The notes below the pieces were generated by a model. That model did not search any database. It saw only the letters and a program-made list of their open reading frames with translations, and was not told the origin of the DNA. 21,877 nt of DNA from Promethearchaeota archaeon (GTDB taxonomy: Archaea; Asgardarchaeota; Lokiarchaeia; Sigyniarchaeales; SOKP01): the NCBI GenBank assembly GCA_048941015.1, contig JBHLNZ010000051.1:1-21877 (forward strand), in the 5' to 3' direction. Numbering within the stretch: the stretch's first letter is position 1; each line of letters starts with the position of its first letter. The position numbers were made by a program, and so were the translations under genes. Positions 17,922-21,877 of the stretch are shown piece by piece.

Positions 17922-18075
17922 ATCTATCCAATAAATAATTCTTTTTTATTTTTTCCTAACTTCTTATTTTTTAATAGCAAATATTGGACTAAAGATCTTT
18001 TTTTTATTATCATTTTTTACCTAATATTAAATAATGAAAGTTTTGGATTAATGCAAATAATAAGGTAAGCAGATT

Positions 18076-18663
18076 ATGTCAAAAAAATTCTGTCCAAAAT
18101 GTAATACAATGGTTTTAACGAAAAGAGACGATATTGATGTATGTCTATTAATCATTTTAGGTATTTTTACTGGAGGCATTGGTGCATTAATTTATCTTTT
18201 GATTTATTTAAATCATGATCCAGATAGATGTATAAAATGTAACTCAATTTGTACTTATTATCCTTATAATACTTCGAATAAGCCAGGTATAGAAATGAGT
18301 GAAACTATGCATAATCAAGCTGGAAAAAAAAGATACAGCGAGGAGGTTTCAAAATTAAAAAAGGGATTTATCAATTTTTGTCCGAATTGTGGAAATAAAA
18401 TAATAAATTCAAAGTATGAAAATCCAAATTATTGTCCATTCTGCGGAGAAAAACTGATAGAAAAATACCAGAAATCAAGAACTAGAATACAATGTACAAT
18501 ATGCCATATTCATATTAATAATAATGATGAAACTATACAATGCTCATATTGTGGAAGTAAATATCATTATTCTTGTGTGGCGGAATGGCTATCAAAATAT
18601 AATTCCTGTCCAATGTGTCAAAACCAATTTTTAGTCCCAAAAATTCGTGTTTTGAATAAGTAA
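18076..18663 (+). CDS. LITAF-like zinc/membrane domain + zinc ribbon + C4HC3 RING-variant domain; putative E3 ubiquitin ligase
   Basis: C6xxC9-hydrophobic-C52xxC55; C102PNC105..C120PFC123; C140xxC143-x12-C156xxC159-x4-H164xxC167-x3-W171-x6-C178PxC181. Confidence 0.8.
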   Translation: MSKKFCPKCNTMVLTKRDDIDVCLLIILGIFTGGIGALIYLLIYLNHDPDRCIKCNSICTYYPYNTSNKPGIEMSETMHNQAGKKRYSEEVSKLKKGFINFCPNCGNKIINSKYENPNYCPFCGEKLIEKYQKSRTRIQCTICHIHINNNDETIQCSYCGSKYHYSCVAEWLSKYNSCPMCQNQFLVPKIRVLNK

Positions 18664-18747
18664 TTTTTTTTTATTCTCCTCTGAATTTATATTTTGTAAG
18701 AAGCGCGTAATACTTTTAAATATTGATTAAACTAATTTATAAACAAT

Positions 18748-20055
18748 ATGAATCTAAAAACATTATATGATAAAGCAAAAAGAAACAAGAAGAGAATAGC
18801 AAAATCAATTATTATAATTATTTTTACAATCGTAATAAGTCCAATAGCATATTTAGGAGCATGGATTGTATACATGGACCTAAGACCTGCTCCAAATTAT
18901 GTTTATGACCCTATGTTACAATTAACTCATTGGACGGTTGTTGATACTGGAGGCAATCCCGCTAAAAATCATAATTCGAATACCGATTTGATATATTTTA
19001 ATAATTCTTTTTACTTGGTCTTTCAACAATCCAAATGGCATATACAAGACACTAATGGAGTTTTAGTGATTCAAAAATCTCCTGATGCTACGCCAGGAAG
19101 TTGGGAAGAAATTCATAGAATTACTCTTCCTAATACAGATGTTAGAGATCCAAAATTTGCTAATATCAGTGATAGATTATTTGTTTACTTCTTACCTAAT
19201 TATCGATTCGATCCTGCCCCAAATACTACTTTTTATTTGTATAGTGATGATGGTCTCACATTTACTTCTCCTCAAGAATTACAGGTAAACGTAACATACA
19301 CATATGATAATGGAACTATAGAAAATGTCAAAACTGCCGGATGGAATCTTTGGCGACCAAAAACTTATAATAATGCAGACTGGTATGTATTAGCTAGTGG
19401 AAGAAAATATAAGCAAGATCCGGGAAGTGTTGGAGATGCTGATGTAACCGGTACTATGACAATCCTATTAGAAACTCAAGATGGACTTAATTGGACAGAA
19501 GTATCAGAAGTTTATACTACTCATGGGAATGGAGAAGCTTGTCTAGAATTCTTAACTAGTGGAAAAGTCATTACAACTCATCGTGTAGGTTCAATGGGTC
19601 TTCCTGGTTATGCTTTCGGAAATCCTCATGGAGCAACAGTAATCGGAACTTCCTATAATAATCTTCAAAATTGGTCGTTCGCAGTTGAATTTCAAACGAG
19701 ACTAGATGGAGCAACTCTCTTTAAATTGGATGGACGTATATTTGCTGTAGGGAGAAATCATCTTGGTCCACGTCCTGACATGGGAAATCACTTTGCTGTA
19801 AAAAGAACAGCATTTTATGAAGTAAAATCAGATCGATTAATACATTTATTTGATCTACCAAGTAATGGAGATACGGCATACACAGGTGTGGCAATAAAGG
19901 ATGGTTGGGTTTATGCTAGTTATTATACCAATCCTATAAATAAAAATTATGCATGGTTTGTCGGGCAAATCTTTTTAACTAAATCAAATATCAGAATGGT
20001 GAAAGTTAATGCTACAGGATTACTTACATTTGCTGATATGAAAGGAGGTGGATAA
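18748..20055 (+). CDS. Membrane-anchored beta-propeller (sialidase/Asp-box-like) putative glycoside hydrolase
   Basis: Basic N-terminus + TM, HNSNTDL, DVRDPKF, Asp-boxes YSDDGLTF and TQDGLNW, and LPSNGDTAYTG. Confidence 0.75.
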   Translation: MNLKTLYDKAKRNKKRIAKSIIIIIFTIVISPIAYLGAWIVYMDLRPAPNYVYDPMLQLTHWTVVDTGGNPAKNHNSNTDLIYFNNSFYLVFQQSKWHIQDTNGVLVIQKSPDATPGSWEEIHRITLPNTDVRDPKFANISDRLFVYFLPNYRFDPAPNTTFYLYSDDGLTFTSPQELQVNVTYTYDNGTIENVKTAGWNLWRPKTYNNADWYVLASGRKYKQDPGSVGDADVTGTMTILLETQDGLNWTEVSEVYTTHGNGEACLEFLTSGKVITTHRVGSMGLPGYAFGNPHGATVIGTSYNNLQNWSFAVEFQTRLDGATLFKLDGRIFAVGRNHLGPRPDMGNHFAVKRTAFYEVKSDRLIHLFDLPSNGDTAYTGVAIKDGWVYASYYTNPINKNYAWFVGQIFLTKSNIRMVKVNATGLLTFADMKGGG

Positions 20056-20056
20056 G

Positions 20057-20206
20057 TTGGTAGAGCAAGAAAATAAAATAGAACATAAAGCTAGAAGATT
20101 AGAAAGAAAACATATAAAATTAATTTTAGAGTTGATCTTTATGGCTATAGTTGGGTTTTTGGTCCTTTATCCATTTCTGTTATTCTTCTTTAATTTTTTA
20201 ATTTAA
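20057..20206 (+). CDS. Unannotated 49-aa single-pass membrane microprotein (MVEQENKIEHKARRLERKHIKLILELIFMAIVGFLVLYPFLLFFFNFLI)
   Basis: AGGAGGTG RBS (20043-20050) overlaps the end of the upstream gene, 6-nt spacer, TTG start; charged N-half plus hydrophobic C-half. Confidence 0.7.
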   Translation: MVEQENKIEHKARRLERKHIKLILELIFMAIVGFLVLYPFLLFFFNFLI

Positions 20207-20224
20207 CATTAAGAGGTGCTAAAT

Positions 20225-20362
20225 TTGGAATTAAAAAGTATAGGAGGATGGATAAAGAGAAATAAGAACAAAATATGGAATATCTTTAGAATGATTTATT
20301 GGATACTAATCTTTTTCGTTGCGCTAGTTTCAATCATTTTGTTATATTCTGAATTTCTTTAA
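20225..20362 (+). CDS. Unannotated 45-aa single-pass membrane microprotein (MELKSIGGWIKRNKNKIWNIFRMIYWILIFFVALVSIILLYSEFL)
   Basis: GAGGTG RBS (20213-20218), 6-nt spacer, TTG start; basic amphipathic N-half plus TM; followed directly by a T10 tract. Confidence 0.7.
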   Translation: MELKSIGGWIKRNKNKIWNIFRMIYWILIFFVALVSIILLYSEFL

Positions 20363-20386
20363 TTTTTTTTTTATTTCTATTTCCTT
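20363..20386 (+). terminator. Oligo-T terminator closing the propeller-microprotein operon
   Basis: T10 run immediately after TAA 20362. Confidence 0.55.
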
Positions 20387-20466
20387 AATTAAAAATTTAA
20401 ATTCAAAATATTTATTTTCGATTTATAAAATATAGTCATTTAAAAGAATAAAAATTATAATTAGAT

Positions 20467-21357
20467 TTAAATTAATTCTCCTTTTGCAACAATTTTCGCG
20501 TTTCCTCCTACACCTATATAGAATTTTCCTCCTTTTTCTTCCGCTCTTAATAATAGTAAAGATTTCCTGCCTATTTCATATCCTTGCTCAACTTTAATGT
20601 CAATACTTTTCTTTCCAAAATATTCATGCTTAACTAAATATGCCGCTAAACAACCATTGCCAGATCCTGTTGCAGGGTCTTCAGGAACTCCAATAGCCTC
20701 ACAAAAAACACGTACATTCAAATCGTTATTTCTATCATAAGTCTCTGGACAAAACATCAATATTGATTTTGCTTGAGTATTTGTAATTAACTCATAATAT
20801 TTTTCGCGGTTTAATTTAGCTCTTCTTATCGCATCTAGACTTTTTAAAGGAACAATTATAAAAGGAACTCCAGTAGAAACCTCTTGTATTTGAAATCGGC
20901 CATCAATATCTTCTTCGTTTAAATTTAAAACTTCAGCAAGTAAATTGGGTAAAAAAAAGCCATAAAAAGTAGGTTCTTTTTGCTCCATCCACATTTCATT
21001 TATTGTATCTCCTTTATACTTGAATAGAACAGCAATTTGCCCAATTTTCATATTTAATAATAATGTTGTTAATTTTTCTTTTATCAATTTTTGCTGAAAT
21101 ACATAAGCTGCACCTAAAGTTGGATGGCCTGCGAAAGGTAATTCCACTTCAGGAGTAAAAATCCGAATTTCATAATTATCTATTGAGGTTATAAATACTG
21201 TTTCTGAATAATTCATTTCTTTTGCTATTTTTTGCATCATTTCTGTTGTTAATTTTTCGTTACAAACGAATACTGCCAGCTGATTTCCTTCAAATTTTAT
21301 TTCTGTGAACACATCAACAATATAAAATATACACTCTTCAGGTTGGATTTCTTTCAT
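20467..21357 (-). CDS. PhzF-family (diaminopimelate epimerase-like) isomerase
   Basis: VDVFT...FEGNQLAV, AKEMNYSETVF, RIFTP..ELPFAGHPTLG, EDPATGSGNG.L and EQGYEIGR.S. Confidence 0.95.
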   Translation of the reverse strand: MKEIQPEECIFYIVDVFTEIKFEGNQLAVFVCNEKLTTEMMQKIAKEMNYSETVFITSIDNYEIRIFTPEVELPFAGHPTLGAAYVFQQKLIKEKLTTLLLNMKIGQIAVLFKYKGDTINEMWMEQKEPTFYGFFLPNLLAEVLNLNEEDIDGRFQIQEVSTGVPFIIVPLKSLDAIRRAKLNREKYYELITNTQAKSILMFCPETYDRNNDLNVRVFCEAIGVPEDPATGSGNGCLAAYLVKHEYFGKKSIDIKVEQGYEIGRKSLLLLRAEEKGGKFYIGVGGNAKIVAKGELI

Positions 21358-21500
21358 ATAACAACCCTTAATTTAAAATATATTTTTTAATTATTTGTTA
21401 TATTTTATTATTCTTAAATCTATGATACTTTTATACTATTCTAAATAATAAATTTTATTGACAGTATTGCTATCTTCTCAAGGAAAATTAAAATGAAAAT

Positions 21501-21877
21501 ATGATGAATGCAAAAGAATTCCAAGATATAAATTCTGAAAATTCAAAATTGAAGAAATTTACAATTAGGGAATTAGGAGGAGCATTAGGTGACTGGGGAA
21601 CATTAATACCATTTATAATCGGATATGTTTCCATAGTAGGTATAAATCCAGCAGGGATCTTTTTTTGCTTAGGGATAACAAATATTGTATTAGGAATAAG
21701 ATTTAATCTTCCATTGCCAGTACAACCTCAAAAGACAATAGGTACTGTAGCTATTTCTCAAAAATGGAATCCTTCTCTCGTTGTGTCGACAGGATTCGGG
21801 ACAGGAATTATATGGACAATGTTAGGATTTACAAAGCTACTCGAAAAGATTGTAAAAAAAGTACCAACTGTAACTGT
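21501..21877 (+). CDS. Putative molybdate/sulfate transporter (MOT1 family), truncated at the window end; absent from the ORF track
   Basis: Hand translation from ATG 21501 gives MMNAKEF...RELGGALGDWGTLIPFIIG...FNLPLPVQPQKTIGTVAI, matching the MOT1 signatures E..G..GD.GT..P and P.PVQP.K. Confidence 0.85.
   Translation, partial: MMNAKEFQDINSENSKLKKFTIRELGGALGDWGTLIPFIIGYVSIVGINPAGIFFCLGITNIVLGIRFNLPLPVQPQKTIGTVAISQKWNPSLVVSTGFGTGIIWTMLGFTKLLEKIVKKVPTVT

Noticed and set aside
19085-19288. 67-aa alternative-frame ORF
   Set aside because: Nested within the propeller gene, with no RBS or recognisable motif.
10400-21357. Possible RiPP or phenazine biosynthetic cluster (SagB-like, PhzF, small peptides)
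   Set aside because: No YcaO or other phz genes, the genes are dispersed and unlinked, and the microproteins are TM peptides without Cys/Ser/Thr-rich cores.
1-21877. CRISPR array, tRNA/rRNA, transposase or integrase
   Set aside because: No regularly spaced repeats, no GC-rich structured RNA islands and no recombinase motifs were seen.

Overview
Strongly AT-rich, gene-dense prokaryotic DNA. Several features point to an Asgard archaeon, probably Lokiarchaeia/Promethearchaeota (inference): GGAGGTG/GTGA-type ribosome-binding sites, oligo-T terminators, a Loki-CTERM-like surface protein, a RING-domain protein, Zn-ribbon membrane proteins, an acyl-CoA dehydrogenase with a C-terminal extension and two V4R/ATC-hydrolase-like proteins. 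The window holds about 24 genes. These include a corrinoid methyl-transfer cluster (corrinoid protein, two URO-D-fold methyltransferases, DUF2284), a FAM173/aKMT-like SAM methyltransferase, EamA, GPH-MFS and MOT1 transporters, a SagB-type nitroreductase, an acyl-CoA dehydrogenase, gpmA, an ABHD-like hydrolase, PhzF and several glycosylated surface proteins. I found no rRNA, tRNA, CRISPR array or mobile element. Top leads: (1) a LITAF-like + zinc ribbon + C4HC3 RING fusion, a candidate membrane-tethered ubiquitin E3; (2) a membrane-anchored beta-propeller followed by two membrane microproteins missing from the ORF track, one of which mimics the propeller's own N-terminus; (3) an acyl-CoA dehydrogenase with a winged-helix-like tail and a palindrome in its own upstream region; (4) a corrinoid module with two differently equipped URO-D enzymes and operator-like palindromes. 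All family assignments come from motif recognition by eye, not database searches.
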